64,000 nucleotides of DNA from Octopus sinensis (taxonomy: Eukaryota). A program made the translations under genes and the position numbers. The first letter of the stretch is position 1; each line of letters starts with the position of its first letter. The notes under the pieces were generated by a model that was not told the origin of the DNA, searched no databases, and saw only the letters and a list, made by a program, of their open reading frames with translations. This document shows positions 1 to 13,258 of the stretch, in pieces. The DNA lies in the NCBI RefSeq assembly GCF_006345805.1, contig NC_042997.1, positions 129,890,001 through 129,954,000 on the forward strand, given 5' to 3'.

Positions 1-590
1 GCTGCAGAGAGATAGATACACTCAGCAGATGACACATTGCATCATATGACCAAATGTCAAGTACAGCAGACATGACCAAGTGAAGAAAACACTTTTATTT
101 TGTTTATTTATCTATTACTTATGTCTTTTTATAAAGCCTTATTTATAATATTACTTTTACTGTTATATCATTAAAACAATTTAAAGAAAATATCAGAGGA
201 AGGAAAACTACACAGGTTGGGTCATTGTTGACAGGGAATATTTATTGGCTCCTTAAATTATCATAAAGAAGCTTCATAGAAAGGATAGTGGAATGGTTAG
301 ATGTTAATAGAGGCATGGTGAAATGGCAGATGCTGAATAGTGCTGGAAATCAAATTGAAGATCAGGTGTGCTGGTGCTGGTGTTGTTCGAAACACTGGTC
401 TCTCAGTGTGTTCTTTGGACTAACACAACAGCTCTACAACAGTCCAACGATATTCAGGGGAGACACACCACTCTTCTGACATTGTATTGTATTAGTGATA
501 CACACACATACATCTCCACACACATACATAAACATGCACAAGCATACATACATCCACATAATCTATGTATATATGTATGTTATGTATGTA

Positions 591-960
591 CACTGGCCAA
601 AATAAGTTTAAGACCAATGATGGCAGTTCTAGTCCTTCATTAATTTATTTTTAACAAAACTGTATAAAATTATTTTTCTTTTTACAGTTTATGTAGAATC
701 TTTTTCTCTTTCAAATGATATAGGCATTATATATCTTTTTACAATCTAAATAATTTTAATGAGCAATTAATTCAAATGATTAAAAATTGTCAGCAAAACA
801 AGTCTAAGACCGTACCAACATTATTTTGTTTAAACTGAAAATTTATGGCACAAATGATCAACAAACAAAATTTATTATTAGTATCTAGTTCCATAGCTGC
901 TATTTTCAATTATGGCCTTTCAACGGCGGGACATGGTGTTTGATGAATGAGCACAAAAAT
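591..960 (-). mobile_element. Tc1-family DNA transposon right end (TIR with inner direct repeat plus transposase C-terminus), degraded
   Basis: TA|CACTGGCCAAAATAAGTTTAAGACC terminus at 589-615, with a second copy AAAACAAGTCTAAGACC at ~796 (IR/DR layout). Minus strand ~878-940 reads TMSRR*KAIIENSSYGTRY*, matching the Tc1 transposase end motif SMPRRxxAVIxxxGxxTKY. Confidence 0.75.
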
Positions 961-1042
961 TACTTAGAATGTTCTGCCATATTTCTTCAATAAAATTATA
1001 TAACTTTGTTGGTTTTTTAGCATGAACTCGTTAAGAAACAAT

Positions 1043-1760
1043 TTAGAGTGAAGGATAGATAGTATGATTCTTGTGTTAGGACTGTGATGCTGCATAGTAG
1101 TGAGATGCTGGCCTTGAATGTGGAGGCTAGAAAGAAACAAGGCTCTAAATGGATGTGTAATGTTAGTGTGCATGAATGCCAGAGTACAAATGTACTAAGA
1201 GAAAAACTGAGTGTAAGAGGAATCAGGTGTTGTGTACAAACGAGAAGGCTGCATTGATATGGGCATGCAAGGCATATGAAAGATGACTGGAAGCATGAGA
1301 AGCTTGAGAGGCGGTTGGATGGAACTTACACTCGCCTCCTTATGAGAGCTCAAAATCTCTTGTGGAAGCGTCATCCAACCAAAGTACAAATATATGGGAA
1401 ATTACCACCTGTATCATCTCTTGTGAAAAGTAGAAGAGTCCAGTTTGCTGGACATTGTTGTAGAGCTGAAAACGAGGTAATTTCTACTCTTCTCCTCAGG
1501 AAGCCATCTGCTCATGATACCAGAGGGTGCACACTCTCCTACCCAGATGTAATCTCCAGGGATACAGGCATCCAGCAACAGGACCTCCATAATACTATGA
1601 AGGACTGTGAGGTCTGGCGTAACATAGTAAATTCCATTGTCTCGACCACAGTCGAACAATGATGATGATGAAGGAAGAACTGTGCACTCCAAGTTGGTGG
1701 AAGCCATGGAAGAAAGAGACTTAGAAAGACATGAAATGAAATGGTACAGACACTGCAATA
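1043..1760 (+). mobile_element. Degraded RTE-clade LINE, post-RT C-terminal region (interrupted by a second RTE at ~1290-1670)
   Basis: Broken translation RVK..YDSCVRTVMLHSSE..WMCNVSVHECQSTNVLREKLSVRGIRCCVQTRRLH*YGH, typical of RTE ORF C-termini; similarity resumes after ~1670. Confidence 0.65.
1290..1670 (+). mobile_element. 5'-truncated RTE-type LINE 3' end
   Basis: ORF 1276-1662 (LERRLDGTYTRLLMRAQN...RRVQFAGHCCR...VWRNIV) ends directly in a (TGA)n tail. Confidence 0.8.
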
Positions 1761-2979
1761 TTTCTACCCTGCCAGGCTTACTGTTATTGCTCCATCACTC
1801 AACAGCATTGACACTCTGTTTCATTTACTTAGTATTTACCCTCCCTTTTGTCTATCTCCTTAACATTTATAGCACTCCATCTTTCCATTCCCCACCTGGT
1901 CTGATTACACCATTCTCATCACTCTGCTCACTTGTCTTTCAGTAGATCTATACAGAGGAAACTGTGTTAGGCCAGCATCATCTCCTTATCCAGTACACTC
2001 TATCTTCATCACGTTGTGCTGCCAACCAGTACTATCTTTTCCCTGAATCACCTTTCTTGCCAGTCCTTACCTACTCTTGTTTTTATCTCATCACTATCTT
2101 CTATCTTTGTCCACCTCTACTTGTATTTTCACATCATACTTGATTTTTTCATCTACCCACCACTCTTATCTTTGACCATATTTGCCATTGCCAGTTACTC
2201 TTCTGACATTATCCCTAAATATCCTGTTTTCTTCCCATCATACTCTTGTTCTTTTGTTCTTCCTATCCATTCTGGTCCTTCTAAAGTCTTGACTCTTTCT
2301 CTTCCTTTCTAATACCTATTTCTGGCTTTCTATTGTCATTGTTCCATCTATTGTTCACACTATAAAGTGGTTGGCAGTATGAGCAGTGAATGGGTCAGGT
2401 TATGAGGTCCTTTTCATCCTGTTTCTCCAAGAGCTCTTCAACCTCTCTAATGTCAACTGTCTTGATGAATTGCAGGTGGAAATGTGCTTATGAATTGGGA
2501 GTAGGAGTTACCCAGGGTGCAGCTTAGAGCTTGGATGACCTAAGCCACATCTGTGAGCAGGTCAGCATGGAAAACAAATGTTAAAATGATGACAAGATGA
2601 CGGTAATGACAGGACAATTATGATGATGATGATGATGACAATGATGGTAATGAAAGTGTTGGTGTTGATGCTGGTGTTGTTACTGGTGGTGGTGGTGGTG
2701 GTGGTGGTCATGATGATGATGATGATGACGATGATGATGCTGACTATGAAAATTATGATTATAAAGATGGTAAAATAGTGAAATGATAATGATGATGATG
2801 AGAAAGAGAAGGAGGAAGAAGAGGCGGATTGAGGTAGTGTTGACAGCGATGGCATTTATAATGATGAAGGTGATAAAGAGAAGGAATATACAGATATTGG
2901 AGACTTGATGATGAGGATAAACATGATGTCAGGTCTTAAAACAATAATGATGATGATGTGGAAAATGATGGTAATATTA

Positions 2980-3165
2980 ATTTCGTCTGCCGTTACGTCC
3001 TGAGTTCAAATTCCGCCGAAGTCGACTTTGCCTTTCATCCTTTCGGGGTCGCTAAATTAAGTACCAGTTATGCACTGGGGTTGATATAATCGACTTAATC
3101 CGTTTGTCTGTCTGTCCTTGTTTGTCCTCTCTGTGTTTAGCCCCTTGTGAGTAGTAAAGAAATAG
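2980..3165 (+). mobile_element. SINE family A (tRNA-like head, GCCTTTCATCCTTTCGGGGTCGAT core, Tx1-like tail), 5'-truncated
   Basis: Near-identical to copies at 4050-4284, 35995-36220 and 37108-37341; B-box-like GAGTTCAAATTCC. Confidence 0.8.
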
Positions 3166-4049
3166 ATATTAATGTCAGTAATAATTATGGTAATGATGAT
3201 GATGATGATCATCATCATCATGAGGATAACGACAATTTTGATGATGGTAATGGTGGTGGGGTGGAGGAGTTTTCGATGATGATGATGATGAAGATGACGA
3301 CGACAACAACAATGATGACAACGACAATGATGATGTTGATGGTGATGATGTTTATGATGCTACATATACATGCATACAGAGCTATGTACATGTATTTATT
3401 CACATGTACAAGCCGCTGCCGTGGTGACTAAACACCCAGTGATGACAAGCACACATAGTCTAAAAGTCTGTCCAAAAGATATTGAAGACATTGAAAAAGT
3501 GTTGCTAAATTGAAATAATTACTGTTTAGTCAACATTCAATTTTAAAATTTTGTTAATTAAGAGCCTTCATAATTATTTTTAAGTTGTTGCAAAGTAAAA
3601 GTGTATGAAACTATATTTTAATTCTACTAAATTGAAGTATCTTTAAGTTTTAGGTAAGTTAGTCATCATTATTAAACCTCTTCACTTTTTCTTTTCCTTT
3701 TTTTTTCTCTCTTTGCTCCGTTTTTATAGTTTTACAAAAGACATCTGGTAGAAGTTTCCTCTACAGGTTTGCTATGTCTATCTGCACTACACTTATAAAG
3801 AGGAATATAATCTCATGTTTTGACATCTCAACACTGTGTGATGTTGCTGCAGTTCTGCTGCTGTAGTTGCGATTGTCCTTGTTGTTGTTCGTGTTTAGCT
3901 CCAGGTCAATTCTGATTTATGCTAAAAAGTATTCTGAGTCAGCTCTGACCTTGTGATCAGAGATGTTCCAGCCATAATCATTTCATGTCTATCTGTCTGT
4001 CTGTCTGTCTGTCTCTTCTTTTCAAATTGGTAGAATCATTTGAGTGTTT

Positions 4050-4284
4050 AAGGCAGCGAGCTGGCAGAATCATTAGCACGCCGGGCGAAATGTTTAGCAG
4101 TATTTCGTCTGCCGCTACGTTCTGAGTTCGAATTCTAATGAGGTCGACTTTGCCTTTCATCCTTTCGGGGTCGATTAAATAAATACCAGTTACGCACTGG
4201 GGTTGATATAATCGACTTAATCCGTTTGTCTGTCCTTGTTTGTCCCCTCTGTGTATAGCCCCTTGTGGGTTGTAAAGAAATAAG
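4050..4284 (+). mobile_element. SINE family A, full length
   Basis: AAGGCAGCGAGCTGGCAGAA head, GAGTTCGAATTC B-box, shared core and ...TAAAGAAATAAG tail; flanked by the direct repeat AGAATCATTTGAGTGTT (~4032 and ~4283), a TSD. Confidence 0.85.
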
Positions 4285-5059
4285 AATCATTTGAGTGTTG
4301 TATAGAATGCCTTGTAGTATTTGTTTCAGCTCTCTGTGTTCTGCTGGAGGTTAAGGTATTGGGCCAGCTTTGTTTTTTACCCTTTCAGGATCAATAAAAA
4401 AGTACTTAAATGCCAAGCCAACATTGCAGATTGGCATAAATGCAATAATGTCAAACCAGATGCCTTGCAATATCTGTTCTGGTACTTCATGTTCTGAGTT
4501 CAAATCCCACCATGGTTTACTTTGGCAATAGATTTAATATGTCGTCTGGTTTAACACCACCTTTACAGTACCCTCATTCTGCTGCAAGTGTTTGACCCTC
4601 ATTTTTGGTTTGAGGATAATTTCTTCCTTCCTGCTAGTCTAGGTGGCTATAAAGTAATACCTTACTATATATATAATGCCTATATCTGTATAAAGTAATG
4701 CCTATATATCCTGACTGAAAGAAAAACAAAAATCTTAAACTACGTCAGCTAATGTAGCTTTCTACTTTTTTGAGGGAGATTTAACTGCTCTTTCTAGCAG
4801 TCTCAGCAACTATATAAAAGTACCCTTGGAATAACTATTGTTGTTGATGACAATGATGCTGATGATGTAGTCATTCATTACTATTGTTACTAAGCTGATG
4901 TTCTTGCTGTTATGGTTACTGCCAATCATCATCATTGTCATCATTATTTAATGCCCATTTTCCATGCTAGCATGGGTTGGATGGCTTGACAGGAACTGGT
5001 AAGGCCAGGGGCTGCACCAGGTTCCATAGTCTATTTCAGCCTAGTTTCTACAACTGGAT

Positions 5060-5375
5060 GCGTGGCACCTTGGGCAAGTGTCATCTACTATAGCCTCAGG
5101 CTGACCAAAGCCTTGTGAGTGGATTTGGTAGATGGAAACTGAAAAATCCCGTCGTATATATATGTATGTATACATGTATGTGTGTGTATATGTTTGTGTA
5201 GCTATGTTTGTCCCCCCAACATTGCTTGACAACTGATGCTGGTGTGTTTACGGCCCCGTAACTTAGCGGTTCGGCAAAAAAGAACGATAGAATAAGTCCT
5301 GGGGTCAATTTGCTCGACTAAAGGCAGTGCTGAAATGACCTAAACAAGTAAAGAGTAAAAGAGTAAAAGAGAAAG
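5060..5375 (+). mobile_element. SINE family B (CORE-like CCTTGGGCAAGT segment, internal microsatellite, AAAGAGT tail), 5'-truncated; abuts a minus-strand family C tail at ~4930-5060
   Basis: Matches copies at 10110-10530, 45145-45551, 48445-48890, 54980-55375 and 59155-59557. Confidence 0.8.
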
Positions 5376-5439
5376 GGATACAGCAGTCATTCTGACTGCA
5401 TCTGTATGCCAAAATTCATTCTCAAGTTTTTGAACAAGC

Positions 5440-5965
5440 CCTTAGGCTCAATTCAAATGGCTATGTGAAACTGCTGGAGATTGTGGCCAAACCCTGAATG
5501 CAGAGGGTTGCTGGGGAAGGCTATATATGTGGCAGCAAGATTTCGTACCTTGCTATACTTCTGGAAAGTGTCAATAGTTGTCAGAGAATTTCTACAACCT
5601 CACCAACCCCAATTTCTGGCCTCTTAAATCCTCTGACTGTAATCCCATGCATTACTGTGTGTGGAGCACAACTGAGAAAGACACCAACCATTTTGCCTAC
5701 AACATCAAGGCAGAACTGGTGGCCAAGATCAACAAGGTGTTTGATAATCTTCTAAGGGACACAGCAAGGAACGGATGTACCCAGTTCTAGAGCTATTTTG
5801 AGGCTGTGGTGGAAGCTGAGGGTGACTGCCTTGAGTAAACTGCTATCTGCCAGCAATAATCTAGTTGATATTTTTTGATTTTTTTAAAATACTTTTATTT
5901 TTGGATGGAAAATTGTGTTTTCTTTTCCTCTTATGTAAACTGTCAAATTTAGTTTGAACATCCTG
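5440..5965 (+). mobile_element. Tc1/mariner (DD37D/maT-like) transposase C-terminal half and right TIR, degraded
   Basis: QQD...SENFYNLTNPNFWPLKSSDCNPMHYCVWS resembles WPPNSPDLNPMDYxVW; ORF ends EAVVEAEGDCLE*; element ends ...AACATCCTG|TA. Confidence 0.8.
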
Positions 5966-6026
5966 TATATGTGTGCATATATATGTATGTATGCATAAAT
6001 ATGTATGCATATATATGTATGTATGC

Positions 6027-6059
<33 letters not shown>

Positions 6060-6140
6060 TGTATGATGTATGTATGTATGTATGTATGTATGTATGTATG
6101 GATGGATGGATGTATGGATGGATGGATGGATGGATGGATG

Positions 6141-6250
6141 TCATTATTCAGTTTTATTTCAAGATTTCTTGCCAGTACAGAAAGAACCAGTTTCTAACCT
6201 AGATCCAAGGCTCCTTTATTAGAATTTCAACATCAGCGACAGGATATTTT
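6141..6250 (-). mobile_element. 3' UTR fragment of the Dong/R4-like LINE, embedded in (TATG)n/(TGGA)n
   Basis: Reverse complement matches 9316-9425 (GTTGAAATTCCAATGAAGGAGCCTTGGATCTAGGTTAGAAAC). Confidence 0.75.
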
Positions 6251-6272
6251 TGTATGTATGTATGTATGTATG

Positions 6273-6306
<34 letters not shown>

Positions 6307-6749
6307 TTTATGTATGTATGTATGTATGTATGTACGTATGTGTGTGTCCTTGTGTTTGTATACGTATCCCTACACTGCTTTTCAGTGAGTGTTGGTTTGT
6401 TTAGGTCCCTGTATCTTAGTGGTTTGGTGAAAAAGACTAAGAAAATAAGTACCAGACTTAAAAGATAAAGGTCAAAGACTTAAACTAATAAAAGATAAGA
6501 TACATATATATATATGTGTATGTATGTTTATGTACACACAAACACATGCATGTGCATGCACACACACACACACACAAGCATATATGCATATATACATAAA
6601 TATATATGTATATATTTATGTATATGTACATATATATACATATATACTTACATACATATATATATATTTCGTTTTTGGATTTGGCTTGCAAGATTCTTTA
6701 TATGAGTTCGTCAGACACAACAGTATATATATATATATATATATATATC

Positions 6750-6781
<32 letters not shown>

Positions 6782-6871
6782 TATAATATATATATATATA
6801 TTATATATATATATATATATCTGTAACTATAATATGTGACAATTATTCGGTAGCATTTTTTTTGATCGCCC

Positions 6872-6932
6872 GATAACTGAAGAGATTGTGGTGTGGGTTT
6901 CCACCCCGACATTCGAAATTCGGAGTTTTATC
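6872..6932 (+). ncRNA. Type I hammerhead ribozyme motif inside a ~150-bp element with ~40-bp inverted arms (6819-6972)
   Basis: gataa-CTGAAGA-gattgt..acattc-GAAA-ttcggag-TT-ttatc, with stem I gataa/ttatc; arms ATCTGTAACTATAATATGTGACAATTATTCGGTAGC and its complement; next to (TA)n. Confidence 0.7.
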
Positions 6933-7489
6933 ATGGCTACTGAATAATTGTCACATATTATATTTACAGATAAATTCCTCTATTTACATAATATCGAGGT
7001 CTCTTTCATTCTTTTGTTGTCTTACCATTTCTATCAATATATATATATTTTCACACACATTTTTATAAACACATTTGCATGCAATTATAGGTTTGTGAGT
7101 CTGTATGGCATGTGTGTGTGTGTATGTATGTGTGTGTGTGTGTGTGTGGTGTGTGTGTGTGTCTATATACTGTCTGTCTGTACAGTGTAAGGAAGAAAGT
7201 TTACAAACTGGCAGAAAAGTTTGGCACCATTAGTAAAAATTGTTCGCTACGAAAAGGTCAGGTATTTTTGTCTGATGTCTGGTGAACTCACAATAATTCT
7301 TGTGTGGGCTCAGCAGCTGGTTTGCTTATTGGGGGTATGATTGTTGAGCTCATCTACAGTCCAAAGCTGCTATATAAAGTATTTGGTAGCTAGTCCACTG
7401 CCCATAAATGTTGTGACTCTCGCTGCCTCAGCAATTGCTAGAAACACTGTGATAACTGGTACATGTATATATATACAGACATACATACA

Positions 7490-9430
7490 CACGAATATAC
7501 CTCTTGTCATTCATGTTAAGGAAATCTGAAGGATATCTCACTGGTTCCCAAAAGAAACAAAAATACCAAAATTACACACTGTTTCTTTGTGGATGACTTG
7601 AAACTATGCAAAGAATATGCACGAGATGAAAAAGAGCCTTGACCTAGTTACAGTCTCAAAGGAGTTACGACTGGAGTTTGGCCAGGATAAATGTTGTTAT
7701 ATGGTTGTGAAAAGAGGAAATACTGTAAATCAGTCTAGTAACACTTCCCCTCTATCTGACGAGGAATGTTACAGGTATCTAGGGGTGGATGAAGACACAT
7801 CTTACAATGGCATCTGTAACAAAATGCATGTCACTAAGGAATATTACAGCTGAATAAAGAAAATTTAGACCTCAGAACTCTCTGCATTCAATAAAACAGT
7901 AGTTCACAATGTGTTTGCAGTGCCAGTACTCATACCAACATTTGAACTGTTTAATTGGACGCTTGATGAGATCCGAGCCATTGATGCGAAAACCTGAAAA
8001 ATACTAACAAGCACACATAATTTCCTCATAAACAGTGACATAGACTACCTATACCTAAAACAAAAACAAGATGGCAGAGGTTTAACATCGATCCAAAATG
8101 CCTTTTAATGTCATATCATATCCATTTGGCAACATCTTTTAACCAAGTGTTGAAGCGCGTTCTATGACCGAGTTGGCATACATAAAGCTGATAACATCAT
8201 AAAACTTAGAAGGCAGCTCCTTGAGCAACACTCTTTGTCTGATAACCTAGAATACATGCCCAAAGAAGTCATACGACTCTACTGCAACATATCATCAGAT
8301 ACAAGGATGAGCCTATATGGGCAGAAAACTATGCATGGATATGTTACTAGAAAGCTCCATGATGATAGTAACATCGATCATCAAAGGAGTTTATCACAAG
8401 GACCAATAACCGGATTACTACCTCCCACTTTGAAGGGTATGCATTTGCAATCCAGGAACACGAAATATCAACCAAGTACTTGATGCACAAAAGGGACAGA
8501 GATGCAGGAAAAACAGTAAAATGTGACAACTGATGCAGATTTTGTGGAGCTAACACTGAAGATATTATTCACATCATAAGCAGTTGTCCGAAAATGTCAT
8601 CATGGTATTATTTACCAATGAGACATGATGTTGTAGCCAGGACACTCTATAATGAAATCCATTGGAAGGATAACCCCGAGGACAAAGAAATAAGAACCCA
8701 CAGTATGGTAGAAGCCATAGCCACTGATAATAAAAAGGAGTACTGGTGGAATGTTCCACTGAAAACCTCAATAAAATGTAAACACAACAAACCTGATATA
8801 ATGATTTGGGATAGAGAGATTTGGGATTTGGGATAGAGAGTTGCCCAGCGGATTTTAACATAAAGCTGAAGATCAATGAAAAAGAGAATACCTGCGCTGT
8901 GCTATTGAGAAATCTGCAGTTGCTCTATCCAGATTACAAGCTCAGGTTTATACCTGTAACTATTGGGGCCATGAGATATGTAACACTCTGCCTAAATACC
9001 AATCTTAAGAAATTAAGTTTCTCAAAACCAGAAAGGAGAAAGTGAATTCGAAGACTACAGATCCAATCCATCATTGGAACTGTAAAAATCTGTAAAACAT
9101 TTCAGAAGTTTATCATTTAAATATATATATGAGCATGTCTAGATATGCAACTATATACATGAGAATACATAGATAAAGCAAAACATAAAAATCTGCACAC
9201 ATACATACATGCATACATACATACATACATACATACATACATGCATGCATGCATGCATACATACATACATACATACATACATACATACATACATACATAC
9301 ATACATACCTACATACAAAGATATCCAGTTGTCGATGTTGAAATTCCAATGAAGGAGCCTTGGATCTAGGTTAGAAACTATCTCTTTCTCTATTGGCAAG
9401 AAATCTTGAAATGAAACTGAACAATGGTAT
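7490..9430 (+). mobile_element. Dong/R4-like non-LTR retrotransposon with restriction-like endonuclease, 5'-truncated pseudogene
   Basis: RT motif ITHCFFVDDLKL (~7570-7610), YRYLGV, CCHC knuckle CRFCG..EDIIHIISSC, RHDVVA and KPDIMIWD..IESCPAD (RLE); many stops and frameshifts; stop at ~9118; 3' UTR contains (TACA)n. Confidence 0.85.
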
Positions 9431-10109
9431 ACATAAATGGTGGCTGTTGGCACATTGATGAGTATGACCTCCAATAATAAATGATCATAGAATCTCTAGA
9501 CAACGGCTATCAGGAGTGCACATGCTGAAATTTAAAGTCAATAACAGCTTGCACAACACTGCTGGGACTCTCACCTACAAAGCCAAGTTGTTAAGATACA
9601 AACAGGCAAGACCTTTGACTTCACAATGAGGCAGAAACTATTTCAGTATTTCTTTTTCCTCAAGAGATGTCAAAACAAAAAGTAGCAGTCTCCTACTTCC
9701 AGCTATTGCAAGGCCATTGTCTCTATAGAGTTCATCCATCCTTTGGCAGATTTAATTTTTTATCTAGCAAGATGTCTAATGAAAATCGCCTTCCTTACCA
9801 ATAAGTGGTTGTGACATTTGGGTGATCAAAAAAGCGAGGAGATAGGTATGTCCACTGACAGACTGTCTGGTGTTAATTCATTGTTGATAAAAACTGCCAT
9901 TTCCCCAGACCTACATTGCTTATGTTAGAAGGATATAAAAAATATCCCTTAAAATATTCACCACTAACTACATTTTTGTTTAATTTGGCCAAATTTACAA
10001 TTTCCTACAAAACTATCCGTCTTTTATTTTTCATGTTTCACTCGTTGGACTGTGGCCACACTGGGGCACTGCAATGAAGGGATTTTTACTTGAAAAAATC
10101 AACCTCATT

Positions 10110-10530
10110 CTCTTTTATTTCTTTTTTACTTGTTTCAGTCATTTTACTGTGGCCATGCTGGAGCACCGCCTTTAGTCTAGCAAATCGACCCCAGGACTTA
10201 TTCTTTGGAAGCCTAGTACTTATTCTATTGGTCTCTTTTGCCGAACTGCTAAGTTACGGAGATGTAAACACACCACTATTGATTGTCAAGTGATGTTGGT
10301 GGGGGGGGGGGGTCAAACACAGACGCACAAACATATACACATATATACACACACATATATATATACATATATACAACAGGCTTCTTTCAGTTTCCGTCTA
10401 CCAAATTCACTCATAAGACTTTGGTCGGCCTGAGGCTATAGTAGAAGACACTTGCCCATGGTACCACACTGTAGGAATGAACCTAGAACCATGTGGTTGG
10501 TAAGCAATCTACTTACCACACAGCCACCAG
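10110..10530 (-). mobile_element. SINE family B
   Basis: Reverse complement of the family B consensus seen at 54980-55375. Confidence 0.8.
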
Positions 10531-10748
10531 CGTGGTACTTATTCTGTTGGACTCTTTTGCCAAACCACTGAGTTACAGGGAGGTAAATAAACCAACACCA
10601 TTTGTTGAGTGATTGCTGGCCAGACAAATACAGGCTCAGATGCATACACACACAGGCACATATACACACGCACATACACAGACATACAATGGGCTTTGAC
10701 ACAGTTTCTGACTAGTAAATTCACTCATGAAGACTGGTCAACTTGAGG

Positions 10749-11243
10749 CAGTGTTTCTCAACTATTTTTTTAAGATTATCTATGAACCCTTTTGATTACA
10801 GCTTTATTCTGGTGAACCCTAATAACCATTCAGTGTTTAAAAACTAATTTTATAGATACTGCTTTCAAAATTCCTATTTTATTTTTCATACATTAACTTG
10901 TGTAGGATCAATGATGTAAAAAAAAAAAATAACCTAGCTTGTTTCTAGCAATAAATACATCACCGTCGTCATTAACAATTCATGCTCCATGCTGGCATGG
11001 ATTGGATGGTGTGACAAGAGCTGAGCAGGCAGAAGACTACACCAGACTTCTGTGTCTGTTTTGGCATGGTTTTTTTTACAGCTGGATGCCCTTCCTAACA
11101 TCAAGTACCCCACAGAGTAAAATATTTTCATGGATCCTTAATATACTACTGTGGATCTTAAATTCACTATTTTCTTTATGTGAACATCCCAGTATCTTTT
11201 ATGAACCCCCAGACGTCATATAGACCCCAGTTGAGAACTACTG
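10749..11243. mobile_element. hAT (Charlie-like) MITE inserted in an older family B SINE and itself containing a family C SINE tail (~10960-11115)
   Basis: TIRs CAGTGTTTCTCAACT / AGTTGAGAACTACTG; the flanks rejoin as the SINE B sequence ...TGAGG|CTATAGTAGAAGAC. Confidence 0.65.
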
Positions 11244-11904
11244 CTATAGTAGAAGACTCTTTCCCATGGTGCTATGCAATAAGACTAATTCTGAAACTAC
11301 ATGGTCGCAAGCAAGCTTCTTAACCACACAGGCTGTGTAATCCATATATTACTTTATAAGTGAAACAAGGAAATGAAATTCCAAGATACCCTTTGCTGAA
11401 ACACCAATGATTATTGGAAACAGCTTTGCTCCTGTGTGTCAGAGTGTTTGAAAAATATAGCAAAATATCTTAGTGTGAAGCCGCAGATGAATATGAAGTC
11501 AGCCATGTTTATCAGTTAGTAACCTAACCAGATTATACAACAAAAATAGAAGTTAATTAAGATAACACAGAATGAAGAACAGACATATGATGTGGAAGTT
11601 GTGATATTCAGCCAGAGATGTAACTATAGTGAAGCCAACAGTATTGGCGATATCAAAGCGAAAATTGTGATTAGATTGAGACAGTGGACTGGAATTATTA
11701 TTACTAGTGGAATATTTAGCAAGGTTTGCAGTGTTAAGTGTAATTTGAAATCATTAAAACTAAATTGCATGAATATTAGAAAATAATATTTAAAAAAAAA
11801 AAACAAGCATAAAAACCTAAAGACAGAATAAGCAACAAAATCTGTAATTCATCCAACCTGAATCTGTAGTGGTAGTTTATTAGTACCACCCGCTATACAT
11901 GTCT

Positions 11905-12430
11905 TGTGTGTGTGTGTGTGGTGTGTGTGTGTGCATGTACATGTGTTGTATGTGTGTGTGTATGTGTGCATGTACATGTGTTGTATGTGTGTGTGTATGT
12001 GTGTGTGCATGTGTGTGTGTTTGTATGTGTGTGTAGGCATATGCATGTCTACGCTTTTTTGTATATATATATGCGTGTGTGTGTGTGTATATATATATAT
12101 ATGTATGTATGTATGTATGTACATATGTATGTATACATATATATAGTATGTACATATACATATACATATATACATTTATGTGTATAAGTATATATATATA
12201 TATATATGTATATGTAAGTGTATATATGTATGTGTGTGTGTATATATGTATGTGTGTGTGTATGTATATCTATGTATATGTATATATGTATGTGCATGTA
12301 CATATGTATGTACATATGTATGTATATGTATAAGTATGCATGTATGTGTATGTTTGTGTGTGCTTGTGTGTGTATGTTTGTGTGTGTGTGTGTATATGTG
12401 TGTGTTGTGTGTGTGTGTGTGTGTGTGAAT
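11905..12430. repeat. Compound (GT)/(TATG)/(TA) microsatellite
   Basis: Direct inspection; source of the many Y/I/V/C/M-rich ORFs. Confidence 0.95.
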
Positions 12431-13217
12431 ATCCGTATGTATACAAGACTTAACTTTCAAAATCAACACTATCTGAAGAATTTACAGATGTTCTTGTGAT
12501 CTATTTTAAAACTAAGCACTAAAGAAGTTGGTTGGTGGGTGCTGATATTTGGTCCCTATCAAAGTAGATAATCATTGAGAAGATGTGGTTGGTGTTATTA
12601 TGATTGTTAGATGAAGGAATAACAAGGAAGAGGGCTATAAAGAACTTACATAAGATGAAAATTATTCCATTGGTGGGAGTGGTGATAAAAATGATGATAG
12701 TAGTGGTGGGTGGCGTTTGTGGGTGATAGTAGTGGTGGGTGGCGTTTGTGTTGGTGGGAGTTATTAAAGATTAGTGTGTAGAAGACACTGGAGATTTGTG
12801 TGCTGGGGTGGTTAGGGTTTAATGTGATGGGGTCATTAAGGATTAATATGAAGGGGGTTAGGGAAATCATTAGGGTTAAGCAATTTATATAACTATTGCA
12901 TGTCTGTGTATATGAGCGGTTAATTATTTGCATATAATAACATTACACACACAAACACACACACACTCATGCACACACATACACACACCCACACACAAAT
13001 ACGCACACACGCACGCACACACATACACAGAAATATATTTAAATAACAGGTGTGGCATGTGGTAAGAAGTTTGCTTCCCAACCACATGGTCTTGGGTCCA
13101 CTTCCATTGTGTGGTACCTTGGGCAAGTGTCTTTTACTATAGCCCCAAGCTGATCAAAACCTTGCAAGTAGATTTGATGGATACAAACTGTGTGGAACAT
13201 GTCATATACACACACAT

Positions 13218-13258
<41 letters not shown>

